Sequence record: PQ561393
Direction: 5' to 3' (one strand)
Length of the DNA stretch: 61,135 nt
From: Escherichia phage Ec1-ASingh
Shown here: one piece after another, positions 28,286 to 35,996 of the stretch
Numbering within the stretch: position 1 is the first letter of the stretch
How the letters are laid out: every line of letters starts with the position of its first letter
Position numbers and translations under genes: made by a program
Notes under the pieces: generated by a model
What the model saw: only the letters and a program-made list of their open reading frames with translations
Told to the model about the DNA's origin: nothing
The model's database searches: none

Positions 28286-29221
28286 TTATTCCTGCGCTTG
28301 CATTTTCCAAGGCGGGGTCTGGGACTGTGCAGCTTGCTGGATGTCATCCGGTTGTTCCTGGGCAGGCTGCTGCTGGGTGTTCTGCTGCACTGGCTGCTCG
28401 GAACCCGGCTGGACTTGCTGCTGTGCCCAGGTAGGTTGCTGAGTCTGCGGCTGCGCCGGAATATGCTCACCTTCCAGCGGCTGCTGTTGCTGTACCGGCT
28501 GCTGCGGCTGCTGTTGCGCTGTGCCCCAAGGCTGGGTCTGGGCTGCCTGGGTAAAGTTCACGCTACCAGGATCTTGAACTGGTTGCTGCGGCTGCTGCGG
28601 CTGCTGTACTGCCTGCTGTACTGCCTGTTGCACAGGCTGTTGCTGCGGCTGACCCCATCCCTGCGGCTGTTGCGTCGGTTGCTGCGGCTGCTGGGGTTGT
28701 CCCCATCCAGGCTGAGCCTGCTGGGTAGGCTGCTGGGCAAACGCACCGCTGACAGGAGCTGCACCCTGCTTAATGTCCGCTTTAGTGGCATAGCGAACAC
28801 CGGCCATGTCTTCGATCGCTTTATACTGTTTCGGTTCAGCCTTATCGTCATAGCCTTCCTGCTTAACGACTTTCACTTTCAGGTTGAACGGAATACCGTG
28901 AAGCTGCTCGGTATCGTTCCAGACCGGAACTTTAACAGCGCGGGACAGTTCAGCCAGCTCTTCCATCGCGATGGATACCGCGACAGGGTTCGAGTTCTGT
29001 ACGTTGTAACCGCCAAAGATCACACGACCAGCGAAATCACCCTGCAACACTTTGAACTGAAGGTTCAGTCGTGCGCCGCCTGGGGTTTTGGTTGGTTTGA
29101 TTTCAGAGTTAACAATCTGCACCGGATACCAGCCATCCGGAACGGTGTCGATCTGACGCTCTTTGTGATCACCTGCGTTGAACTGCATACCGATGCCGGC
29201 CATTGCTAAAATCATGCTCAT
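28286..29221 (-). CDS. ssDNA-binding-like protein with Gln/Pro-rich low-complexity tail
   Basis: Structured N-terminal ~140 aa followed by ~150 aa of QQPQ/GWGQPQQ repeats; sits between Sak4-like ATPase and exonuclease. Confidence 0.45.
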   Translation of the reverse strand: MSMILAMAGIGMQFNAGDHKERQIDTVPDGWYPVQIVNSEIKPTKTPGGARLNLQFKVLQGDFAGRVIFGGYNVQNSNPVAVSIAMEELAELSRAVKVPVWNDTEQLHGIPFNLKVKVVKQEGYDDKAEPKQYKAIEDMAGVRYATKADIKQGAAPVSGAFAQQPTQQAQPGWGQPQQPQQPTQQPQGWGQPQQQPVQQAVQQAVQQPQQPQQPVQDPGSVNFTQAAQTQPWGTAQQQPQQPVQQQQPLEGEHIPAQPQTQQPTWAQQQVQPGSEQPVQQNTQQQPAQEQPDDIQQAAQSQTPPWKMQAQE

Positions 29222-29949
29222 TGTGCGATACCTTTAATCTTATTGATTACCATACCCAAATGCGGATATTCCATTTGCTGAAGCATACCAGAACGATCTT
29301 TCGCGGTGTTCTGCATGTCAGGCTGTGTCAGCAGGTAACGGAAATCCTGCTGTTGCTGGTCTTTACCGATAGCTAGTTTGAAAACTTCATCAAAGAAGTA
29401 CGGCAGTTCCGGACCTAACTTGGCACCAGGCATGGACGGACCATACGCAGTAATGCCAGTTACTTCGTCTTTGTTACGCGACATCTTAGCGGACATGTAG
29501 ACGTTAAATCCAGGGATGTCGCGGAACGAACGAATTAGGGTTTGCATTTTCTCAATCAGCTCGCCATATGCTTGGCGCGGGTCTTTCACTGACCGTTTAG
29601 CGTTGTTCAGGCACTGTTCTGCAATCTCCGTTAAGGAGTCCAGCGAAATACTATCGAACTGGTCTTTGCAGTTGTTTGCAGGGTTAGTGATGAACATGAA
29701 CGCCTGCTGGATGTCTTCAAAGCTGTTAATCTTGATCGTTGGGATATCGTAGCAGATATCCGGGCGATCCGCACCGAACACGCGCTCTATGTTTGAACGG
29801 GTAAGGGACAGCAGACCTGACTCAGCAGACAGCAGTAACGGACGCGGTAGAGTAGCTGTCAGCATCGTTTTACCGTAACCCGCTTCGCTGTAGACCAGGA
29901 GTTTAACACCTGTATCCAGTACCGCTTGTGACGTTGTAGTAAATTCCAT
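29218..29949 (-). CDS. Sak4-like RecA-fold ATPase (AAA_24-type)
   Basis: Walker A SEAGYGKT near N-terminus, Walker B-like hhhhD; start at ATG 29949 with RBS AAGAGG. Confidence 0.55.
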   Translation of the reverse strand: MEFTTTSQAVLDTGVKLLVYSEAGYGKTMLTATLPRPLLLSAESGLLSLTRSNIERVFGADRPDICYDIPTIKINSFEDIQQAFMFITNPANNCKDQFDSISLDSLTEIAEQCLNNAKRSVKDPRQAYGELIEKMQTLIRSFRDIPGFNVYMSAKMSRNKDEVTGITAYGPSMPGAKLGPELPYFFDEVFKLAIGKDQQQQDFRYLLTQPDMQNTAKDRSGMLQQMEYPHLGMVINKIKGIAQ

Positions 29950-30014
29950 TTGGAACCTCTTAGGTGGCGAGGGGTGCATATTACCCCTCGGGGTTAACGG
30001 ATGTAAACGGTCAA

Positions 30015-31025
30015 CTAGCTCATATCCGTTGGATCACGGAAAGACTGGTGCGTGGGGATCCGCAACTTGTCTTTCATTCCATGCAGGAAGAATTTAAACT
30101 TAGAAATTCTACCAAGAAATTCTTCCGGATGCTGGAAGTAATACAGACGCTCTTCGTGGGTAAGTTTACCCGCGCCAACCGTCATTTCATCACCGACCTT
30201 CAACTTAATGTGGTCAGGTAGGTTTTCTGGTACAGTCAGAAGTGTAACCACAAATGACCCGATCATTCCGTTTGGCACCATATTATCCTGGTGCGTACTG
30301 CGGAACGTATGCCCTAGCTCGTTGATCTGAGCTTCGTTCTGGTTGGACATTCCTTCATTAATGCGGGTGATAACACCTTCCCCATCAGTGAAGCGTTTGA
30401 TGCGACCGTATCCACCTTCGCGCGAAGTGGCACGTCCGCGTTTGCATGGCTTGCCGGGTTTGCGAGTGATAACACCCTCATAACCCATTTCAATCCAGAC
30501 CGCCTCCTGCTCCAGCAGCTCGTTCATGTTGTTAACGAGTACCATTGGCACAACCTTCAGATCCATTAAGCGACCTTCCAATTGTTCCTGTTCTACGTAC
30601 TCGCTTAACATAGCATGACGTTTTTCGTATGGCAAGTGTTGAACACTGTCCGCACACAAATCAAAGACGTGCCAGGTCCAGATAAACTCACCTTCGATTG
30701 TGCTACTTGCAGAGCTGGTCTTACGACACAAATCCGGATCGCACTCGTCGCCGACAGCAAGCTCACCATCAAAACCCTCATAACAAGGTTTAGAGAATAA
30801 GCGCGTCAGGTGTTTATTTGCAAACGGTTTCAAGCTACGACCAGTCAGCGTACCGTCGTAATTAAGACCGCGCACACCGTCGATCTTAGGTAGCGCGTAC
30901 AGTGGGAACGAATCAGGCCGTTCTTCAAAGTCACACGCCAGGAAAGGTTTAAACTTACTCATTAACTGTTCCTCAGACGAATAGAGGTTGTATCCACCAG
31001 CAGCTGACGAAACTTGCGTTTCCAA
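30015..31025 (-). CDS. ATP-dependent DNA ligase
   Basis: KIDG adenylation motif (PKIDGVRG), FDGELAV, EGVITR, downstream Lys motif. Confidence 0.8.
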   Translation of the reverse strand: METQVSSAAGGYNLYSSEEQLMSKFKPFLACDFEERPDSFPLYALPKIDGVRGLNYDGTLTGRSLKPFANKHLTRLFSKPCYEGFDGELAVGDECDPDLCRKTSSASSTIEGEFIWTWHVFDLCADSVQHLPYEKRHAMLSEYVEQEQLEGRLMDLKVVPMVLVNNMNELLEQEAVWIEMGYEGVITRKPGKPCKRGRATSREGGYGRIKRFTDGEGVITRINEGMSNQNEAQINELGHTFRSTHQDNMVPNGMIGSFVVTLLTVPENLPDHIKLKVGDEMTVGAGKLTHEERLYYFQHPEEFLGRISKFKFFLHGMKDKLRIPTHQSFRDPTDMS

Positions 31026-31573
31026 TATTCGACGGTGTCCTCGTCTTGTACCCTCGCCACTGGTGTTGTCTTCCGCTTAGGTGCAGAACGGGAATCCGCA
31101 ATCTGCTTCCTAAGCCCAGCACAACGGAGCTTCTGTCTTTCCAACCGCATATACATCCCAGCAGTGTCATCACACTTTTGTTGGGCTTTAGTGCGGTTTT
31201 CTTTACATTTGTTATTATGCCCTTTGATGTGGCGGAATTGCAATGTAAGGTCATTTGACTTTGCAATACGTTCCATCCAATCAAGAGCTTCCTTTTCCGC
31301 ATTACGTGCCGCACGTTTGCGGGTAAAGAGATCGATTGCTGGTATACAATCAATCTGGATCAGTATACGGTCACCCCGCATTACGTAGCCGTTCGTAATA
31401 GCATGATGCAATCCATTGCAAGCGGCTTTTGCTTCAGCCTCGCCGCTGTCCCGTGTACCAGTTAACGGCCCGCCGAATGTACCCCTGCCGCGGTTAGACG
31501 CAACCCACACGCCATAGCCGCCAGCACGGGTATCCGGGCAGAATGACGCATCAGTAATGATGGTCACCAACAT
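30962..31573 (-). CDS. Ribonuclease H
   Basis: ITDASF...GGYGV (TDGS...GGxG-like), E, D and HIKGH...CD motifs in RNase HI order. Confidence 0.65.
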   Translation of the reverse strand: MLVTIITDASFCPDTRAGGYGVWVASNRGRGTFGGPLTGTRDSGEAEAKAACNGLHHAITNGYVMRGDRILIQIDCIPAIDLFTRKRAARNAEKEALDWMERIAKSNDLTLQFRHIKGHNNKCKENRTKAQQKCDDTAGMYMRLERQKLRCAGLRKQIADSRSAPKRKTTPVARVQDEDTVEYWKRKFRQLLVDTTSIRLRNS

Positions 31574-31576
31574 CCG

Positions 31577-32002
31577 TCACTCCTTAACCTTAATAGAGAC
31601 CTGAGGTGAGCCCCATTTGGACGTCACGCACTCGTCCATCACGTTGCGCTGCTCGTCCGTCAGCTTACGGTAGTTGCCCACTTTCAGCTCGACCTTAGTT
31701 TCAACTACTTCGTTGACGTCAACGCCCAGCTCGCACAGTTGCGGGAGGAGGCTGCTCCAGATCGCTTTATCGACTTTGCGGTCAATACCGCAAACGATTT
31801 TCAGCTCATCGCCGGTAGGAAGTTTGATGGTGTTAGTACCTTCTTTCTTCTGGTCTTCCGGCAGGTACAGATTTACCACAGTGTCACGTAGTACGCGCTC
31901 CTGCGCCTGAATCTTCTGGAGTTCCTGTTTCTTAAGGAACCATTCGCCCAGGAGCTGAAGTTTAGCTTCCGGAGTCATTTCATTTGCTGGTAACTGAGCC
32001 AT
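31577..32002 (-). CDS. Hypothetical protein
   Basis: 141 aa ORF. Confidence 0.45.
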   Translation of the reverse strand: MAQLPANEMTPEAKLQLLGEWFLKKQELQKIQAQERVLRDTVVNLYLPEDQKKEGTNTIKLPTGDELKIVCGIDRKVDKAIWSSLLPQLCELGVDVNEVVETKVELKVGNYRKLTDEQRNVMDECVTSKWGSPQVSIKVKE

Positions 32003-32083
32003 GATGTGCCTCTTTGGTTGTGGGTTATTGCTTAGGGGTAATTTACTAGGAACTTAGTTCGCTGTAAATACCCCTAGCGGATA

Positions 32084-32689
32084 TTAAAACTTCTTACCGC
32101 CTTCCTTGGCACGGTTCTCGCGCTTATGGTCTGCCCGGTTGGCGTTGTACGCACGTTTGTCGCCGATCGCTCTGGAAATATCCCAACCCCAGTTCTCGGC
32201 GTGATAGATCATGTCCATCACAACCGCCAACTCAAAGGCAGCGACAGCGAGTGTGTCCTCAGTACCTTCGCCAGCTTGCATGAGCTGGTTTTTGCGCACA
32301 CCTTCCAACGCAAAACTAATATGAACATGCATGTCAAGATAATAACGATACATGTTTACATTAACTTCGGACATTGGAAGTTCTACAGCCGCGCCCAGGC
32401 GATGCACTGCGTCCCATGCTTTTTCAATATCCCACTTCTTATGACCGAAGAAGTCATAAATGCGGATAGCTGCATCCGCCAGCTCGATAACTGCGTTCTG
32501 GTAGTCGGGAACATGCGGGTCAGGGATATCCTGGGAAAAGCCCACAAAGGATTCCGTGACTTCAGAATGAATCAGCGCAATGGTGGCACCGTCGGAACGA
32601 ACAGGCTCGTCCCACCAACCGGCCTTCACATTGTGGTTATAAATCGCATCTCGAAGTTCGTTACTAATGGCGTCATATACATATTTCAT
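32084..32689 (-). CDS. MazG-like nucleotide pyrophosphohydrolase
   Basis: ExxE ... E-L-A-D pattern (HSEVTES ... AVIELADAAIRIYDF) typical of all-alpha NTP-PPase. Confidence 0.5.
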   Translation of the reverse strand: MKYVYDAISNELRDAIYNHNVKAGWWDEPVRSDGATIALIHSEVTESFVGFSQDIPDPHVPDYQNAVIELADAAIRIYDFFGHKKWDIEKAWDAVHRLGAAVELPMSEVNVNMYRYYLDMHVHISFALEGVRKNQLMQAGEGTEDTLAVAAFELAVVMDMIYHAENWGWDISRAIGDKRAYNANRADHKRENRAKEGGKKF

Positions 32690-33150
32690 GTTGCACTTCC
32701 GTTACGTTTGATATATTCAAGGGCGTGCGCTTTGAAGATAACACGGAAATCATCCAGTGAGATTTCGCAGCGCGGGGGATTGTCCGCGTGATGGTTCTTT
32801 TCGTCAGCGAACAACATAATAGGATTCATAAACAGAACGACCTTCCACTTCTGTTTATTCTGGCGGTAGATAAGGACAGGGAATTTGTTAGCTTCGATAG
32901 CGCTAACTAAGCACTGTTTCCACCATGTGTTAATGGACAATGCTTCTTGTCTCTTAACTTCAACAGCATAGAAACAAGTATTGGAAATATCACAACCGCC
33001 AACAGCCGATTGATTCTGATTGCGTTGGGCGATGGGCTTGGCTGGGAGTGGCATATGGAGAGCTGCATAGACTTCTGCATAAATGCTATTAAAGAAGTCA
33101 CAAATTTCTCTTTCACCTGTCTGCCCCTTAGTCCTGACATTAATTGCCAT
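32686..33150 (-). CDS. PD-(D/E)xK Holliday-junction-resolvase-like nuclease
   Basis: GQTGEREICDFF ... AVEVKR (D/E...E.K motif arrangement). Confidence 0.45.
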   Translation of the reverse strand: MAINVRTKGQTGEREICDFFNSIYAEVYAALHMPLPAKPIAQRNQNQSAVGGCDISNTCFYAVEVKRQEALSINTWWKQCLVSAIEANKFPVLIYRQNKQKWKVVLFMNPIMLFADEKNHHADNPPRCEISLDDFRVIFKAHALEYIKRNGSAT

Positions 33151-33160
33151 GCTTGACTCC

Positions 33161-33190
33161 GGTTAAAAAAATAGGGCACCGAAGCGCCCC
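33161..33190 (-). terminator. Rho-independent terminator
   Basis: Hairpin gggcaccgaagcgccc (UUCG loop on minus transcript) followed by U7. Confidence 0.55.
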
Positions 33191-33297
33191 AAAGTATCAG
33201 TCCATTTTACCATGCTTGCAGCTAGACAGTTTCGCGTTGGAAAAGGGGTTTAACTACTAACGTCACTGTCAGGCTGCAAAGTAAATTTTAATTGCTT

Positions 33298-33570
33298 CTA
33301 CACTCGATTGTAAACCATGAGATCCAGATAATATACACCGTCTGGCATATCTTTCGCGACCTCGAGCGGCTCGCCAAGGATAGTCTCCTTGATATCCTCG
33401 CCCATTCCATGGATCGGGCAGTAAGGAGTCGCACAACGTATCAACTCCGAACGTGTGCCCGGGCTCACTGTTATGCGCACCGTTAGATCGTTTGGGCCAA
33501 TAGCGTGGCCCATCAGATACTGGATCTTCTGGCGATAGAGCGTGTGCTTGACCTGCTCCAGCGCGTTCAT
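33298..33570 (-). CDS. Hypothetical protein
   Basis: 90 aa ORF; 4-bp overlap with upstream ORF. Confidence 0.45.
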   Translation of the reverse strand: MNALEQVKHTLYRQKIQYLMGHAIGPNDLTVRITVSPGTRSELIRCATPYCPIHGMGEDIKETILGEPLEVAKDMPDGVYYLDLMVYNRV

Positions 33571-33854
33571 TTAATGACCTCCCATTGCCCGAGGTTCCAT
33601 GCTGTGGACGGTATGGTACGCAGTTCGCCAGCATCATTGCGCACTGCTGCCAGCTGTACGCCGGCGCGTGCGGGGCTGTACAGGCGCTCAATACGGTAGA
33701 CCTGCATATGCGTAAACTCGCTAGCGTTCGCGTTGGTGCAGCGTACCACCTGACCAGGAAATACCATTGGGCCGGGAAGCTGCGCAGCCATTGCCACCGC
33801 AAGTTCGTTCTGAGTGTACGGACGGACAACTACTTCACCAATGATCATAATCAT
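33567..33854 (-). CDS. Hypothetical protein
   Basis: 95 aa ORF. Confidence 0.45.
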   Translation of the reverse strand: MIMIIGEVVVRPYTQNELAVAMAAQLPGPMVFPGQVVRCTNANASEFTHMQVYRIERLYSPARAGVQLAAVRNDAGELRTIPSTAWNLGQWEVIK

Positions 33855-34024
33855 TCCTCTTTCAGTGAGTTGAGGCGTTCGCCACGCTGTACAGCGGACT
33901 TCACCTGATGGGGTTGATAACCTAGCGCCAGAGCAATTTCGTTAGTAGTATAACCGTTCTGACGCATTGAATACGCAGCGATTGCACGGCTGCGAGCGTT
34001 AACTATTTGACGTTTAGTTGCCAC
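33851..34024 (-). CDS. Small HTH DNA-binding protein (57 aa, GTG start)
   Basis: Not in ORF track (under size cutoff); ..YTTNEIALALGYQPHQVKSAVQRG.. helix-turn-helix-like; ATGA overlap with downstream ORF; start uncertain. Confidence 0.3.
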   Translation of the reverse strand: MATKRQIVNARSRAIAAYSMRQNGYTTNEIALALGYQPHQVKSAVQRGERLNSLKEE

Positions 34025-34410
34025 GGGCAGAACCTCACAGGTTGTGGTAAAGGGAGCGGCTCTTTACCAGCATACAGATGACTGTGCATTTCCTGCAACA
34101 TGGACACCTGATCAAAGGTAAGATCATTCCGCTGCATCAATTCGACCATTAAGTGGCAAATAGATGTCTTGAGGTACTCATCCGAATGGGATGCACCAAA
34201 TCGATATAACTTAACACTACCGACGCGCATATGAGCTGGCATTTTGTTATTCCAGATCATCTTGACCACATTAAACAGGTGGCTTGTCCGCATCTCGCTA
34301 GGGCGTACAGCTTCGCCACCATTAACTGCGGCCATCTTCCAACGGTAGTTCGGATCAACCTGAACTCCCATTTGCTTCGCCAGTTGGCTCGCTACAATTA
34401 AGTCTTTCAT
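34003..34410 (-). CDS. Hypothetical protein
   Basis: 135 aa ORF. Confidence 0.45.
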   Translation of the reverse strand: MKDLIVASQLAKQMGVQVDPNYRWKMAAVNGGEAVRPSEMRTSHLFNVVKMIWNNKMPAHMRVGSVKLYRFGASHSDEYLKTSICHLMVELMQRNDLTFDQVSMLQEMHSHLYAGKEPLPLPQPVRFCPWQLNVK

Positions 34411-34643
34411 AATACAGACCTCGATGCTTTGACCAGGATTGCAGCAAGCTCGACCGCTTCTTCACGATTAAGGTACAGGCAATCCCCGTCTTCGTTAATA
34501 ATACGGAGACCCGCTGTTTCCAGGCCGCCTACGTGACTTTGACGAAGCTCCACGGTGCAACAATCTTGAATGTCCCACGTTGTTTTGATAGCTGGGCGGT
34601 TGTTCCATTTAGCGTGTGGATCACGACGTTTAAGAACGGCCAT
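34407..34643 (-). CDS. Hypothetical protein
   Basis: 78 aa ORF, 4-bp overlap. Confidence 0.4.
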   Translation of the reverse strand: MAVLKRRDPHAKWNNRPAIKTTWDIQDCCTVELRQSHVGGLETAGLRIINEDGDCLYLNREEAVELAAILVKASRSVL

Positions 34644-34869
34644 TTTGTTCCTCGCTCAGGTTAAGCGCATTACAAATGAGCTCTGCCGACTCAGAGTCGA
34701 AACATTCACAGACGGAGTCGAACTCAGGCAGACCATCGAAACCTTCGTATTGTTCTAAAGGTTTCTTTGTATCGACAATTGTGAAGGAAAAACAACAGTG
34801 CAAACTTTGCGAACCTTCTATAACTTTATATCTGGCCATTTCTTCGCTCCAAATAAAAAGGGTGTACAA
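34630..34869 (-). CDS. Hypothetical protein
   Basis: 79 aa ORF. Confidence 0.4.
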   Translation of the reverse strand: MYTLFIWSEEMARYKVIEGSQSLHCCFSFTIVDTKKPLEQYEGFDGLPEFDSVCECFDSESAELICNALNLSEEQNGRS

Positions 34870-34909
34870 CTATATTAGCTGCACACCCTTTATACTGCAA
34901 CGTTGACTA

Positions 34910-35233
34910 TTATTCGTCGGACTTATACTGCCTCGCGAATACTCTAGCAGCTTCCAGAACAGGCTCACCATGATGGTCCCACATATCTAACGGTGAGTGC
35001 CCGCAGTTATACCCAGGATCGTGACCCTGCATATTATCTCCACAGCAGCAGACACCCGTTTCAATGTGTGCATGATCCAGCACGTAAAGCAGGTCGCATA
35101 GCTTCTCAATTGCTTCGTTTGCGCGGGCTTGCTCCACCTCTGCTTTATGTTCGAATACCATTGCAACAATGATCATTATAACAACGAACACGATCAAACA
35201 GAAAATCATCCACTCTGCGTATGTACCTGTCAT
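34910..35233 (-). CDS. Membrane-anchored Cys/His-rich protein
   Basis: N-terminal TM helix (WMIFCLIVFVVIMIIVAMVF), then CCCG..H..C cluster. Confidence 0.45.
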   Translation of the reverse strand: MTGTYAEWMIFCLIVFVVIMIIVAMVFEHKAEVEQARANEAIEKLCDLLYVLDHAHIETGVCCCGDNMQGHDPGYNCGHSPLDMWDHHGEPVLEAARVFARQYKSDE

Positions 35234-35562
35234 TTCTGCACCTTAACGCGCACATGGCGACCGATTAATTGGGTGAAGCAACCATTGGGGATTGCCTTAC
35301 AGCTCGCATTGTGCCGCACTGTAAGGCGTACAAGATCGCGCTCAAATATAACGTGGCGCAGTTGTGTCGCAAGGCGCTCGTAGTAACCTGCGTCGCCTAC
35401 GTCGTTGTTACTGATCGCGTCCGCGTACTTTAGCAAGTCTTCCAGGTCGTGGCGGCGTTGAACACTAAGCTCGAACATTGCCATTTCAGGGTCAGGGAAA
35501 TCATTCGCAGGGAAAACCGCCTCATAGACGATCCGCAACGCTGCGACACTTACACGGTTCAT
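35230..35562 (-). CDS. Hypothetical protein
   Basis: 110 aa ORF, first gene downstream of divergent promoter region. Confidence 0.45.
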   Translation of the reverse strand: MNRVSVAALRIVYEAVFPANDFPDPEMAMFELSVQRRHDLEDLLKYADAISNNDVGDAGYYERLATQLRHVIFERDLVRLTVRHNASCKAIPNGCFTQLIGRHVRVKVQK

Positions 35563-35599
35563 TTTACACTCCTACGAATTAATTTAGTTCCGAGTCCTA

Positions 35600-35627
35600 T
35601 TGCAAACGGTCTTACACTTGCTATAAT
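35600..35627 (+). promoter_or_regulatory. Sigma70-like promoter (TTGCAA-N16-TATAAT)
   Basis: Near-consensus -35/-10 with 16-nt spacer, ~35 nt upstream of ATG 35662. Confidence 0.45.
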
Positions 35628-35661
35628 AGCATTATACAAACAAGGTACAGGGGATTACAAA

Positions 35662-35955
35662 ATGAACGCACTGGCAATTAACATCGACAACATCAAACGC
35701 GCAATGAACAAAGACGAACAGTATTCCGCTATTAAGGAGGACGGTTCCTACAAGATCACTTTCGGTGCATACGGACGCCAGATTACCGTTACCGCTACCC
35801 CGCTGACTCGTCCCATCGTAGAGCAGATGGAAGATGGCGATTACCCTGTCAGCTACACAATTGACATCAATAAAGACGATGACTTTTGCACTACCGACTA
35901 TGACACTATGTTTAACGTCGTTGCTAACATCTTTATGTCATACTACCAGGATTAA
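35662..35955 (+). CDS. Hypothetical protein (lone plus-strand gene inside minus-strand block)
   Basis: 97 aa from ATG 35662 with RBS; ORF track's longer version overlaps the minus-strand gene. Confidence 0.5.
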   Translation: MNALAINIDNIKRAMNKDEQYSAIKEDGSYKITFGAYGRQITVTATPLTRPIVEQMEDGDYPVSYTIDINKDDDFCTTDYDTMFNVVANIFMSYYQD

Positions 35956-35975
35956 TAATCCGCAGTAAAGCAAAA

Positions 35976-35996
35976 GGGCGCCGAAGCGCCCTTTTT
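35976..35996. terminator. Bidirectional rho-independent terminator
   Basis: gggcgc-cgaa-gcgccc followed by T5 on plus strand and T-rich on minus strand. Confidence 0.6.

Noticed and set aside
28298-29209. 303-aa plus-strand ORF, Leu/Arg-rich
   Set aside because: Antisense mirror of the Gln/Pro-rich repeat region of the SSB-like gene; low-complexity artefact with no RBS or operon context.
32126-32791. 221-aa plus-strand ORF
   Set aside because: Antisense to the MazG-like and resolvase-like genes, which have motif support.
33269-33829. 186-aa minus-strand ORF
   Set aside because: Overlaps two tandem, translationally coupled ORFs (33298..33570, 33567..33854) in another frame that look more protein-like; Trp/Arg-rich.
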